64,000 nucleotides of DNA, taken from assembly GCA_963706325.1 (NCBI GenBank), contig CAVPLT010000007.1:160001-224000 (forward strand), in the 5' to 3' direction. The DNA is from an uncultured Nitrospiraceae bacterium (GTDB lineage: Bacteria; Nitrospirota; Nitrospiria; Nitrospirales; Nitrospiraceae). The stretch's first letter is position 1. Each line of letters opens with the position of its first letter. A program made the position numbers and the translations under genes. This document shows, piece after piece, positions 35,245 to 45,687 of the stretch. A model generated the notes under the pieces. That model was given only the letters and a program-made list of their open reading frames with translations. It was not told the DNA's origin and made no database searches.

Positions 35245-36321
35245 TTAAAAGTGGAACGAGAGTCCCCCGACGACAGCATTCATCTGGTAATCGCCTCTGA
35301 GTCCTACTGTTCCACCCGCGGGGCCACTGGCTGAGGCATCTAACACCACGTAGTTGTATTTGTATTCACCGAACAGTGCGATATGTTCGTTGAAGTAAAA
35401 GCGTAAACCAGCCAAGGCATTGAGGCCCGGTACGGCATTGTTGGATACATTGGTGCCAGCGGTCGAGAAATCAGCAAAGAAGACGCCAAGTCCAACCCCC
35501 CCATAGGGTTGCAGCCGGCAGAACTCCCGCTCATATCGGGTTTCAATGCGTTTCTCTCCCTCCGTCCGCGTCTCCGTGCGGTCGGTGGTCGTCTTACAGG
35601 CAAATTTCAACCGACCGATGAGATTGAAGGCCAAGGTCGTCATGCGCAAATGGGCTCCAGGTACCGGTCCTTGCTGTTCCACATGGGGCGATGCGTTGAA
35701 CCCTTCAATCTCCACGCCCAGCCAATCCATGCGATTGCCAAAGAAATGGCCGAGCTTTGCGCCATAGATTCCCGAATCCGCAAGATCACGATCGTCGCGG
35801 TTGAATCCGGACAGGGGTCCAGTGCCTTCCAGACCGTTAATCTTACCGCCGAATGTGGAACCGCCGAATCCTGCTAGGTAGGTTTCGCTCGGGCGCACAC
35901 GTTTGCGTTCAATGATGGGCTCGGCTTCTTTCGCTGATGCCGCCGCCGCTGCCGCCGCAGGCGCCATAAGCAAAATGGAAGCGGCTTCCGATGGTCGCTC
36001 GTCCACCTGCTGGCGACATGACGGTGTGAGCGTGCCTTTGTTTTTGTCATAGCACGCTCGGACGCGACCGCTGCCGGGCTCAATGCCTTTGCAGGGGAGC
36101 TTCTCAAGTGCGGCGCGGCACTCAGGATCTATGCCTCCTGGTGGCACACCCCCCGGTTCCATCGGCACAGGCTCCTTGGGCTGCGGAACCCCCGGTTCCA
36201 CCGGCACAGGCTCCTTGGGCTGCGAATAGGCGGGCGGCAACATCATGGGCATAAAGCTCCATGTCAGCAACAGCATCGTTCCATAAGAAACCATTTTCCC
36301 GAATCGCAATGCGTCACTCAT
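35245..36321 (-). CDS. Outer-membrane beta-barrel (OmpA-like) with Pro-rich repeat and 4-Cys domain
   Basis: Signal peptide; QPYGGVGLG, ALFGEYKYN, C-terminal GLSFHF. Confidence 0.8.
   Translation of the reverse strand: MSDALRFGKMVSYGTMLLLTWSFMPMMLPPAYSQPKEPVPVEPGVPQPKEPVPMEPGGVPPGGIDPECRAALEKLPCKGIEPGSGRVRACYDKNKGTLTPSCRQQVDERPSEAASILLMAPAAAAAAASAKEAEPIIERKRVRPSETYLAGFGGSTFGGKINGLEGTGPLSGFNRDDRDLADSGIYGAKLGHFFGNRMDWLGVEIEGFNASPHVEQQGPVPGAHLRMTTLAFNLIGRLKFACKTTTDRTETRTEGEKRIETRYEREFCRLQPYGGVGLGVFFADFSTAGTNVSNNAVPGLNALAGLRFYFNEHIALFGEYKYNYVVLDASASGPAGGTVGLRGDYQMNAVVGGLSFHF
36151..36224. repeat. 39-bp coding tandem repeat, ~2 copies (QPKEPVP[V/M]EPG)
   Basis: Visible in both DNA and protein. 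Confidence 0.85.
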
Positions 36322-36493
36322 CGTGAAACCTCCTTTTCTAATGAGCAGCCGCTTCTGATGAGCAGCCGCGAGGCAGTGCTGAATGAGTCATTCGAGACAA
36401 AAAGCAACCCATTATTCTCCACCTGCCGCAGAATCTAAGTAGGACTTGAGAGCTGTACCGTGTGCCAATGATATGCTCGCGGACAGAATGCGC

Positions 36494-36513
36494 AACTGTA
36501 AAAAGTGACAGGT
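36494..36513 (-). promoter_or_regulatory. lux-box-like site 3 (rc ACCTGTCACTTTTTACAGTT)
   Basis: Upstream of the 36321 gene; TATCAT 20 bp downstream on the minus strand. Confidence 0.75.
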
Positions 36514-36698
36514 ATTTGCTACAGAGGTATTGTTGCGTGCAATTCGATGATGACTACGGATGACTACTATTATGCGCCCATGTCACCGGAATTGTTTCTA
36601 CACACTGAAGTTGATGGCGCCGGCAGCCGAACCGATGATTTGCCAAGACTCGGATGAACCCATAACGGTCCATCGCTACTGAGCGCGCCTCCTTTTAC

Positions 36699-36718
36699 CC
36701 CTGTCACTTTTGACAGTA
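36699..36718 (+). promoter_or_regulatory. lux-box-like site 4 (CCCTGTCACTTTTGACAGTA)
   Basis: Upstream of the GH13 gene; TGG-TATGTA with the hexamer starting 21 bp downstream (36740). Confidence 0.72.
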
Positions 36719-37048
36719 GGCGGAATGCTTGCCCAGTGGTATGTATCAACCGCCACGCTATGACACTCTTGATACATCGCGGCTACACCACTTGATAGAG
36801 GATGATGAACGAAAAAATGGCTCCAAAGCTAGCCCGGAATTTTCCGATCACACTCATGTGGAAGCTGCCCGCATCCGACGTTGCCAAGGTTCTACGCGCT
36901 ACCCGGCAGGGGCAGATGATGGGAATGGCACCTGAGTGAAGGAGGCCACTTCTGCCACCCGTGACTCATAAGTTGCTTATTTCACAGCCATAGGGCTTTC
37001 GCTCATCTGCGGCAAACTGGACGCCTTTCAGACTGCGGGAGGAAGATT

Positions 37049-38539
37049 ATGAAGTCCATGACCTCGTCGGTACATCCTGTGATCTATCAGATCAACACTC
37101 GAGTCTGGCTCACCGAATTATCCAAGTCTCTCGGCCGGCCAGCATCACTGGACGACATTCCGGATGCTGAACTCGACCGGCTGGTGAGGATGGGCTTCGA
37201 GTGGGTTTGGTTCCTGAGCGTGTGGCAGACGGGTGAGGTGGGCAAGCGAGTCTCCCGCGTCAATCCTGAATGGCGAAGAGAGTTTCAGGAAACCCTGCCG
37301 GATTTGCGCGAGGAGGATATTGCCGGATCTGGATTTGCCATTACCGACTACACCGTCCATTCAGAGCTGGGAGGCGATTCGGCGCTGGCGCGGCTCCGCG
37401 AACGCCTCCGCAAACGAGGTCTCAAGCTCTTGCTCGACTTCGTTCCCAATCACACGGGAGTCGATCACCCATGGGTGGAAAAGCACCCTGAGTATTACAT
37501 TCGTGGCACCGAACAGGATCTGGAGAATGCTCCACACAACTATACGTGGGTGAGGCGCAAAGCCGGCGACTCGATCTTCGCCTATGGGCGCGATCCGTAT
37601 TTTTCAGGCTGGCCCGATACACTCCAGCTCAATTACAGTACCTCCTCCCTGCAGGAGGCAATGATCGGAGAATTGCTCAAGATCGCCGGACAATGTGACG
37701 GCATACGCTGCGACATGGCCATGCTCATCTTACCCGATGTCTTCGAAAGAACATGGGGGCTTAAAGCGGAGCTGTTCTGGCCAAAGGCTACCGAACGAGT
37801 TCGCAAACAATCTCCAAACTTCCTGTTCATGGCTGAGGTCTATTGGGATCTCGAATGGACGTTACAGCAGCAGGGATTCGATTACACCTACGACAAACGC
37901 TTGTATGACCGGCTGCGCGAAGGCCATGCCAGGCCGGTCCGCGACCATTTGCGTGCCGACCCTGACTATCAATGCAAGATGGCCCGATTCTTGGAAAACC
38001 ACGATGAACCTCGATCCGCCGCGACGTTTTCACCCGGCATGCATGAGGCGGCGGCGGTGATCACATTTTTGTCTCAAGGGCTGCGTTTTTTCCATCAAGG
38101 ACAGTTTGAAGGGAGACGGAAACGCATATCGCCACATCTGGTCAGAGCGCCACTGGAAACGTCCGATAACACCCTCCGTCTCTTTTATGATGATCTCCTA
38201 GGGGTGCTCCGGCGACCGGTTGTTCGAGACGGCCGGTGGCAATTACTCGAATGTAAACCGGCTTGGGAAGGCAATTGGACATCGGATTGCTTCCTGGCTT
38301 TTGCGTGGCAAGGACGACACCCAGAACAGCTGCTCATAGCAGTCAACTACGCCGGCAATCAGAGCCAGTGTCGCATTCCTCTTCCTTTCTCCGATCTCAC
38401 GGGCCGCACGGTGCGATTCCAAGACCTGATGTCCGCCGCCTGCTATGAGCATCATGGAGATGGTCTCCAGTCACATGGGCTCTACCTCGATATGCCAGCC
38501 TGGGGATATCACGTCTTTGAGGTGAGCATGGCCAAGTAA
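37049..38539 (+). CDS. Alpha-amylase family (GH13) glycoside hydrolase
   Basis: LDFVPNH, DGIRCDMAML, FMAEVYW, FLENHDE. Confidence 0.92.
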   Translation: MKSMTSSVHPVIYQINTRVWLTELSKSLGRPASLDDIPDAELDRLVRMGFEWVWFLSVWQTGEVGKRVSRVNPEWRREFQETLPDLREEDIAGSGFAITDYTVHSELGGDSALARLRERLRKRGLKLLLDFVPNHTGVDHPWVEKHPEYYIRGTEQDLENAPHNYTWVRRKAGDSIFAYGRDPYFSGWPDTLQLNYSTSSLQEAMIGELLKIAGQCDGIRCDMAMLILPDVFERTWGLKAELFWPKATERVRKQSPNFLFMAEVYWDLEWTLQQQGFDYTYDKRLYDRLREGHARPVRDHLRADPDYQCKMARFLENHDEPRSAATFSPGMHEAAAVITFLSQGLRFFHQGQFEGRRKRISPHLVRAPLETSDNTLRLFYDDLLGVLRRPVVRDGRWQLLECKPAWEGNWTSDCFLAFAWQGRHPEQLLIAVNYAGNQSQCRIPLPFSDLTGRTVRFQDLMSAACYEHHGDGLQSHGLYLDMPAWGYHVFEVSMAK

Positions 38540-39316
38540 TGCGAAGGTGAATATGTTTTCTCTGAATAAAGTTCAGCTGTAATTGCCCGTCGCAATACAT
38601 GACCCTGGGAGGACTCGCCTTCCCGATCGTTCAGGGCGTCTTTACTGGCAATGAACGGATTGCCTCCGGCAGGGTCGATGTCGAACTCTTTTCGCCAGTC
38701 AGTTTCTGGCGTCGTGCATTAATTACTATCGAAGTACTACCTCTCGATCCGCGGCAAGCCGGGGCTGCAGGTTGCAGCCCTGATGTCGACACCGCTTTCA
38801 TTCAGTTCACACGTCCTACGGGCAATCACCACATGATCAACCGGGCGCTCACCCGACAAGCTCATGCAAAGAGACGATCCACACGGCTGCTATTAACGCC
38901 TCAGCCAAATATTCCGCATCGGTGTCGAGCCCGTACCTCAGGCAGAGGTGGGCTCCCTTTCATTTTGCCAGGCCTTGAGACTGGTAAGTATTTCAGATTG
39001 CCATATTGCGGGCCAACCCGGCATCAACTTGGTCCCCACTTGCACCCCCATAAAAACCCACACATCCGTGTGATGCCCAAGTGGGGGGCGATGGGAATGG
39101 TTTGTCCTGTCCTGGCAGTACTGAGGTAGCAGATTCCTGAGTTTTTCTGTCCGGCAGTCAGGCAATTCAGAGAGGGGAGGTTCGCAGACTCAGAGTTTTT
39201 CAACGGAGTGCCTGGGGGAATACCGCATTATCAATCGCACCGATCCGCATCTCCTCGTAACGATCGGCACTCTTCTCTTCTCTACAAATCACGCTCAGTC
39301 TCTGTAACCTCTCGTA

Positions 39317-39679
39317 TCACTCGCGCAGCCACGCAAGAGCGGACTCACGATCATTCGGGCTAAAGTTGCGGAATTCGGCCTTGACGAAATGCTTGGCGAT
39401 GTGTGGTGCGATCGAGAGGACTGCGTTGTCCGAGACCACCGCGATTTTGGTGATGAGTTTGTGGTGGTCATGGACGAATCGAAGGTGCGACACAAGCGCG
39501 GCAAAGCTGTCCCACCCTGGGAACGACGGTGCCTCAATCATGACACCACGGAGCCCTCCTGTCTGTTCGATGTAGGGGTCAACCAGTTTCGCGATTGACT
39601 CGAAATCACCAGCTTGAATTGGTCCTTGCGGCCGAAGCAGCAGAATGCCTCTGTCGTACAGAAGGTCGGGGGCTAGCAT
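39317..39679 (-). CDS. STAS/SEC14 (SpoIIAA-like) domain protein
   Basis: P.GP....DF...VDPYIE...FPGWDSF...HH..I.KIAVV...HFV.AE.R.F...ALAWL. Confidence 0.85.
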   Translation of the reverse strand: MLAPDLLYDRGILLLRPQGPIQAGDFESIAKLVDPYIEQTGGLRGVMIEAPSFPGWDSFAALVSHLRFVHDHHKLITKIAVVSDNAVLSIAPHIAKHFVKAEFRNFSPNDRESALAWLRE

Positions 39680-40268
39680 GGTTGTTTCCTTGCGAAGAAG
39701 CGGCGATAGTGCCAGCAGCTTGTCAACGAAAGACTTACCAATAACAATTCTTCACCTAAAATGCGCCGATTTTCTTACGGACAAAGGAGAAAGATGGCAT
39801 GGCTCTTCACCATTCTGGGAGGGCGAGTTCCGATCTGGCGGCTAAGGAGTCGTAATCATAGAAGTCTAAATTGAGAGAAGTCAACGACCGGGGAACTTGG
39901 ATTTCGCCCTCCCGAGTAAGTCGAGGAAATCAGTGTGGTCGTCGCCTCTCTGGAAGACGGTCACTCCACCCTTCCCCCTATTCAGAGCATGATAGGCATC
40001 TCCAGCTACTTGTCAGCGTGGAACTCGGGGCACGCCGAAGGTAAGGTACGCGAACTAACAATACTGGCGCAAGAATAAGTTGCCTTGCATCTTTCCCCTG
40101 TCACTCCGCTTCACGCAGCAGACAGAGCGAGTTGCGCCTTGCATCGGTGATCCAGTTGCGCGACACTGATTTCCACAATGCCTGTGCAGTGTGATCATTC
40201 TCCCCATGTATCCGTGGCGCAACGCTAAGATGACAGACGGTGGCGACAATCCGATCCTGCGTCGCAGC

Positions 40269-41297
40269 ATGACCTACAACTCGCTGGCGTTCCGCTTGTT
40301 GATACTCCTTGGCCTGAATTGCCTCGTCCTCTCTTTCACAGTAGGTGCCGCACGTGCTGCGGAAGACACTCCTTCCGCGTCGTTGCAGAGCAATACGATG
40401 TGCAAGACGATTGAGTCGGATGAGGAACGATGGAAATGCTACGATAAGGTAGAACAACACGAAGCCGCGGTAGCAACAACGGATAGCATTCCAGCTTCAT
40501 CACTCATGGGGACGCGTTGGGAGCTCGACCCCAGCACCCGACACGATCTTTTCTCTATTCGCCCACACAAGCAGAGCTATCTACTTCCAGCACGCTATAC
40601 GAGCAACGTTAACAATCAGCCTTTCAGTCCCACCCAAGGAACCGTTCCCCAGTCGCTCGGCTATATCAACACAGAAGTGAAGTTTCAGTTTTCATTCAAG
40701 TTCAAAGCTTTGGAGATTCAAGATCGCTTCAATTTATGGATGGGGTATACGCAAGTCTCATTCTTTCAGATGTATAACAAGTCTAAGTCAGCTCCATTTC
40801 GTGAAAATAATTATGAGCCTGAAATCATGGGCGTGATCCGAACGGATTACGATCTTTTTGGATTGAAGGGACGGTTCATCAATCTCGGCCTTGTCCACCA
40901 ATCCAATGGGCGTGCTGATCCATTGTCGCGAAGCTGGAATCGGCTCTATGCGCAATTCGGTTTTGAGCGGGGCGGGTTCGGCCTCATGGTCCGACCCTGG
41001 TATCGGATCAGGGAAGACTGGACAAACGATAACAATCCTGACATCACGGACTACTTGGGGCATGGGGACATTGTCGCCACATATCAAGTGGGAGGCCACA
41101 TGTTTTCACTGCTGTTGCGAAGCAACCTCAACTTCAGCAACCTTCATGGAGCAGCTCAGGTTGATTGGAGTTTTCCTCTCCACCGGCAATTGAAAGGATA
41201 CGTGCAGGTCTTCACCGGCTACGGTGAAAGTCTGATCGATTACAACCATAGCCAGACGACGATCGGCGCGGGCGTCCTGCTCCTGAACTGGATGTGA
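40269..41297 (+). CDS. pldA: Outer-membrane phospholipase A (start uncertain; ORF opens at 40191)
   Basis: KFQFSFK, GYTQ.S..Q.YN...SAPFRENNYEPE, HQSNG, SRSWNRLY, GYGESLIDYN. Confidence 0.93.
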   Translation: MTYNSLAFRLLILLGLNCLVLSFTVGAARAAEDTPSASLQSNTMCKTIESDEERWKCYDKVEQHEAAVATTDSIPASSLMGTRWELDPSTRHDLFSIRPHKQSYLLPARYTSNVNNQPFSPTQGTVPQSLGYINTEVKFQFSFKFKALEIQDRFNLWMGYTQVSFFQMYNKSKSAPFRENNYEPEIMGVIRTDYDLFGLKGRFINLGLVHQSNGRADPLSRSWNRLYAQFGFERGGFGLMVRPWYRIREDWTNDNNPDITDYLGHGDIVATYQVGGHMFSLLLRSNLNFSNLHGAAQVDWSFPLHRQLKGYVQVFTGYGESLIDYNHSQTTIGAGVLLLNWM

Positions 41298-42144
41298 GCG
41301 AGCTTCTCCATGTCGATGAGGCATTGCCACGATAGCCAGCCCTGAAGATGCCACTTGTTCTCCGGATCGCTTTCATAGCATTCGCGTACGTCACCGCGTT
41401 CGACAGAGACGTGGTTCATGGTCAGATGGTGAGCACGGAGACCTGCGGGTCGAAAGGCTGCCACTCTGCTCATTCAGCCGCGTGGATCGGCCTGGCGCCT
41501 CCAGCGCCAGTGTCGTTGGCGGGTTCCGACGCTAGCTCCTCCGAGAGCATGCCACCGAATGAAACACGATGGTCCTCATTCTTGCCCTTGATGGCCGATG
41601 AAGACAAAAAACGCGGGGTGAATGGCCGCTGCCCTTCGGGGCCAGCACTGTCTTTACCGGCCTGGGGGAGAGAAAGGTTGACATCACGGATGTGCGGACC
41701 GGCCTGAACGGCGCCACTCCGCAATCGGGCAGCCAGTCGTGAATTGGCTCCACGAGCAGTGTGGTTAACATCAACCTGAACCAACATCGCGTTCGCCAAT
41801 TGGTTTGAAACCGTCATTGATTTTGGCACCGACTGGCACGGAGGGTACCTGCTTGTCGTGGCTCCGACCATTCGATTTTGAGGGGCAACATCCTCAATCG
41901 TTGATATGGCGGAGGGGGAGAAATTTTCAGATTGCCCGAGGGCTCTCCGACCGACGGCGACCAACAACGACGGACAGGGAGCAATAGGCAAGAAAGTCAA
42001 TAACTCACGCACGCTCGTAGCGCTCTACTGCGACCGACGAGGATTCCTAATCGGGAGTAAAACCGGGACCAGGGTCTGTACATTGTGCGGAGTGTTCGAA
42101 GAACGAATCAGCTCCCTTGGCCAAGACTCGCAGCCTATCCACCG

Positions 42145-43239
42145 TCACTGCGAGAGGGGCGGCAAGAGGTACAACGTCATGGCGAAGATGAGATAAATCA
42201 TCAGCACTAACACCCCAATGAACCATGCCGAACGTCCGCTGTTGGTCACTAGCGCCACGGTCATCGTCGCGACCAGGACCATCAACACGGCGCCCGGCCA
42301 AAATTGCAGGTCCATTGGCGCGGGGCCGATCACGTAACTGAGCAAGACCAGCAGCGGGGCAACGAAGAGCGCGAGTTGTGACGCGCTCCCCAGGGCGATA
42401 CCCACGCTTAGGTCCAGCCGGTTCTTGCGCGCGCCGGAAAACGCCGCGCCCATCTCTGCCGCACTGCCCACCAGCGCCACGATGACGAAACCGACGAACG
42501 CCGGGGTCATCCCAAACGCTTCCGCCGCCTTCTGCACCGATTCGACAAAAATCTCGCTCACGAGCGCGACCAGCACGGTCACGCCGGCCAATGTGGCCAG
42601 TGCCAGACCGATCGTTAAGGGGGCTTCATTAGCCTCGCCGGATTCCGCACCGGAAAAGAATTCGCGATGTGTCTTGAGCGAAAAGACCATGCCCAGTCCG
42701 TACGCGACCAGCAGCAACACTGCCAGCCCCAGGCTCAGTTTTTGAGTGAAGGCCGCGCTTGCCACGGTACTGCTCTGAGCAACTGCCGAAGGAATCACCA
42801 GCGAGACCGTAGCCAGGAAAAGGAGGCCCGCTTGAAGGCGTGCATTACCCCGGTTGAATTCTTGGACATGATGTTTGAGTCCACCCAGCAGAAACGACGC
42901 CCCCAGCACGAACAGTGCGTCGGTGACGATGGCGCCGACAATGGAGGCCTTCACCAGCATAGATTGACCGGCGCGCAAGGCGGAGATCGCGATGACCAGT
43001 TCCGTCAAGTTTCCCAGCGTTGCGTTGAGCAGTCCGCCGATCGTATCACCCGTCTTGGCTGCTACGGATTCGGTGGCATGACTCAGTAACGCAGCCAGGG
43101 GCACGATGGACAGTAGGGACAGCACGAAGAGCAGCGTGTGCGCGTGAGATTGGAGCTGCGAGGCGGCAAACACCATGGGCACGAACGCCAGGAGCCAGAG
43201 CAGCGGATTGTGAAGGATTTCTTTGAGCAGGGGATTCAT
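42145..43239 (-). CDS. cax: Calcium/proton exchanger (CaCA family)
   Basis: GGLLNATLGNLTELVI and GSAAE alpha-repeat motifs, ALGSASQLALFVAP. Confidence 0.9.
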   Translation of the reverse strand: MNPLLKEILHNPLLWLLAFVPMVFAASQLQSHAHTLLFVLSLLSIVPLAALLSHATESVAAKTGDTIGGLLNATLGNLTELVIAISALRAGQSMLVKASIVGAIVTDALFVLGASFLLGGLKHHVQEFNRGNARLQAGLLFLATVSLVIPSAVAQSSTVASAAFTQKLSLGLAVLLLVAYGLGMVFSLKTHREFFSGAESGEANEAPLTIGLALATLAGVTVLVALVSEIFVESVQKAAEAFGMTPAFVGFVIVALVGSAAEMGAAFSGARKNRLDLSVGIALGSASQLALFVAPLLVLLSYVIGPAPMDLQFWPGAVLMVLVATMTVALVTNSGRSAWFIGVLVLMIYLIFAMTLYLLPPLSQ

Positions 43240-43334
43240 AGGAGTTGATTCACGTGCCTTGGGCATACTCTTGGCTGAATTGGGAAGGGGAATGTGCAAC
43301 TTCACTCGTGTGTGAATTCAGCATGTGTCACCCG

Positions 43335-43368
43335 TACAGGCCCCCAGCGCCATTGCCGGGGGCCTGTA
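43335..43368. other. GC-rich stem-loop between the SYLF gene and cax
   Basis: TACAGGCCCCC...GGGGGCCTGTA inverted repeat, no U-tract. Confidence 0.5.
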
Positions 43369-43378
43369 GTCGGCGGTT

Positions 43379-44098
43379 CTACTTCATTAACTTGTCTGCC
43401 GCATTCCTCAGTTCTGTGGATTTCGGATTGCTAACGCTCTGCTTGGCGATAATATCTGTCGGTCTCACGGCTTTGCCGTAGTAGGCACGATTGGACTCAT
43501 CCGATACGGCAATCATGGAACCGTCCGCTGAAATTCCGGCAAAGGCTCCCTTTTTTTTGGCATAGGCGACGAGGTCCCCTGCAATTCCTTTTGCGGACGT
43601 GCCTTCCCCGGTCGGTCCCACCGCTACGCTGACATCACCACCGAGTTTGAAATCACTGCGATAGAACTCTTCCAAGCCTTTCTGATTCCTGACCGCAAAG
43701 ACCATCTCCGATATGTCGCCTCCGATTTGCAGGCCGAAGCTGGCGGAGCCGATGGTATAGAACACGGGTTCGGACCATTTCTTGGTCCTTTCGTCGCGGA
43801 CAATCAGTACGCCGCTGCCGCCGGCGCCGCCGAACACGAGCGCGCCCCGTAGAAATTGCGGCACGATGAAAAGGCCTTTCGCCTCACTCTTCAACTCCCG
43901 GATGGGATTCCCGACGTTTGGATCAGCCGCGAAGGCGTCCAGCGTCATCTTGGCTTTTTCCAGAAGCTGCTGCTGTTCTATCCCCTCGGCTGCCCTGATC
44001 GGCGTGAGACCGACCAGCGTCATCGTCCCGGACAATCCCGCGACCATGAACGCCAGTCGCGGGGTGATAAAAAAAGAGCTCGACAGTATAGAAGTCAT
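43379..44098 (-). CDS. Lipid-binding SYLF (Ysc84) domain protein
   Basis: FIVPQFLRGALVFGGAGGSGV...WSEPVFY...SFGLQIG...GAFAGIS.DGS...N.AYYG. Confidence 0.9.
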   Translation of the reverse strand: MTSILSSSFFITPRLAFMVAGLSGTMTLVGLTPIRAAEGIEQQQLLEKAKMTLDAFAADPNVGNPIRELKSEAKGLFIVPQFLRGALVFGGAGGSGVLIVRDERTKKWSEPVFYTIGSASFGLQIGGDISEMVFAVRNQKGLEEFYRSDFKLGGDVSVAVGPTGEGTSAKGIAGDLVAYAKKKGAFAGISADGSMIAVSDESNRAYYGKAVRPTDIIAKQSVSNPKSTELRNAADKLMK

Positions 44099-44303
44099 GG
44101 ATTCTTCTCATGATTGACTCGGGTTTTCTTGCGTAGACACAGTCGTCATCACCAATGACGCTCGCGTTAAGACTGAAGGGACCTTAATTGGTCATGCACA
44201 CTCCTTTCAGGCGCTGACTGCTCGAGTCTGATTTGTGCGGCGATGCTGCAGCCAGCACAGCGTCTATCTCCCTGTGCTCAAGCGGACAGGCGTAGATTCT
44301 CGG

Positions 44304-44780
44304 CTAGCTGACGGTATAGCCCCGGCCGGTCATGCAGGCCGAGAAGGCTCTCTTATACCCGGCCAGGCTGCCTTCATAGTTCGCCTTAGCTTGCTGCTGA
44401 GCGGCATCCGCTTGTCTGGCCTGACCTCTTCGACGCATGGCGCCCGCCCCTCCGCCGACAGCGGCCCCGATCGCGGCGCCCTTCCCGGCATTGCCGCCGA
44501 TCGCTCCGCCGATCGCGCCGAGCGCGGCGCCTCTGGCCGCCCCACTGACGACCTGGCCCTGCTGCTGAGGCGGAGCGACCTGTTGTACGCTTTGAGTCGG
44601 ATCGAATCCCGTTTGTTCCTTGCCCCACTTGTAACAGGAAAACTCATCTTGCTCCTGCTGTTCCTTCGTCTGACCCTTGGTCGGATACACGAAGACGTCT
44701 AGTCCTGCCAGGGCGTCGTCCACCAAAAACACGAACCCAGTGACGGTGAGTATGGCCAGAAGTGTATATCGCAATCGCAT
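44304..44780 (-). CDS. Glycine-zipper exported protein
   Basis: YPTKGQT.EQQ..D...C..W; GAARGAALGAIGGAIGGNAGKGAAIGA; ACMTGRGYTV. Confidence 0.85.
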   Translation of the reverse strand: MRLRYTLLAILTVTGFVFLVDDALAGLDVFVYPTKGQTKEQQEQDEFSCYKWGKEQTGFDPTQSVQQVAPPQQQGQVVSGAARGAALGAIGGAIGGNAGKGAAIGAAVGGGAGAMRRRGQARQADAAQQQAKANYEGSLAGYKRAFSACMTGRGYTVS

Positions 44781-44823
44781 TACGTCCTCCTTACAGTGGT
44801 TCCATCCTTAGTGGATGCGCACT

Positions 44824-45405
44824 TTATTTTTCCGATGCTCCGGGAACCGGCTCCGGCGAATGGGCCGGTTCCGGAGAAGGAGCAGGCTGGCCGGCTGCCT
44901 CGGCACCCCCCGTTATCAGCGGGACATTTCCCAGGATGGCCAACCGGAGTACCATCCCGACGAGGTCATCCAGTTGAACAAACCGAGCAGCGACGACCGG
45001 GTTCAGTTTCTTGCTCAAGATCTTGAAATATTTCTGGCGCAAGGCGAGATCCGCCTGCTGATTTTCTCCGGACGCCTTGACCAGTTTGGTGGCTTCCTCA
45101 TTCGTCAGCCTCGCGTTCCTGCTGACGAATGTCCCCAGCAATCGTAGTCGTTTGGCATCCAACTGCTCCCGGTCTTTTGCGTAATCATCAAAGACATTCC
45201 AAAAAGCATCCAATTGGTTGGACGCCAACGGCATGCCGCGTTCGAATACGTCTTTCCGTTCATGGGACATGATAAATTGGATTTGATCCAGATCTAATGA
45301 CGGAGTCACGCGCACGACGGTAATATCGGTATCTGCTGTATGCCCGGTGGAAGGGAATAGCACCAGACACATCACGATCGCAGTAAACAAAGGTATTGGT
45401 CTCAT
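44824..45405 (-). CDS. Hypothetical exported helical protein (paralog of 63022-63564)
   Basis: AGGAG RBS, signal peptide; M.L...Q..AFW..FD.Y...L...AARF.Q pattern. Confidence 0.7.
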   Translation of the reverse strand: MRPIPLFTAIVMCLVLFPSTGHTADTDITVVRVTPSLDLDQIQFIMSHERKDVFERGMPLASNQLDAFWNVFDDYAKDREQLDAKRLRLLGTFVSRNARLTNEEATKLVKASGENQQADLALRQKYFKILSKKLNPVVAARFVQLDDLVGMVLRLAILGNVPLITGGAEAAGQPAPSPEPAHSPEPVPGASEK

Positions 45406-45687
45406 GAAAGCTCCTTTCACAACGTCTGATGGCGGCGGTAACGATCGGCTACTGCGCCGTCTGAGGGGAACTCTCGAATCGTCACCCCTCCCAAGGCAAG
45501 GCCCATCACCACAAAAGTCAGAACCGGCTTTTCCTTTCAAAAATACTGTGTCGAACTGTGGGCAGTGCAGGACACTTTCCTGTAGAGATAGTAGTCCACG
45601 GAGATGACCATTCCGTTCTGCTGAGCGGCATTACGGGGTTATTGAACCGGGACGCATGATAGAGGTCACGCTGTACCGCCTGAGAGA

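Noticed and set aside
36336..36369. 17-bp tandem duplication TTCT(A/G)ATGAGCAGCCGC upstream of the barrel gene
   Set aside because: Only two copies and not noticed elsewhere; most likely a local slippage duplication.
38599..39129. 176-aa ORF after the GH13 gene
   Set aside because: No RBS, motif or family recognised; the region looks like degraded intergenic DNA.
41780..41882. Frame reading ...NWFETVIDFGTDWHGGYLLVVAPTIRF*, like a beta-barrel C-terminus
   Set aside because: Too short, with no start; cannot be supported without a homology search.
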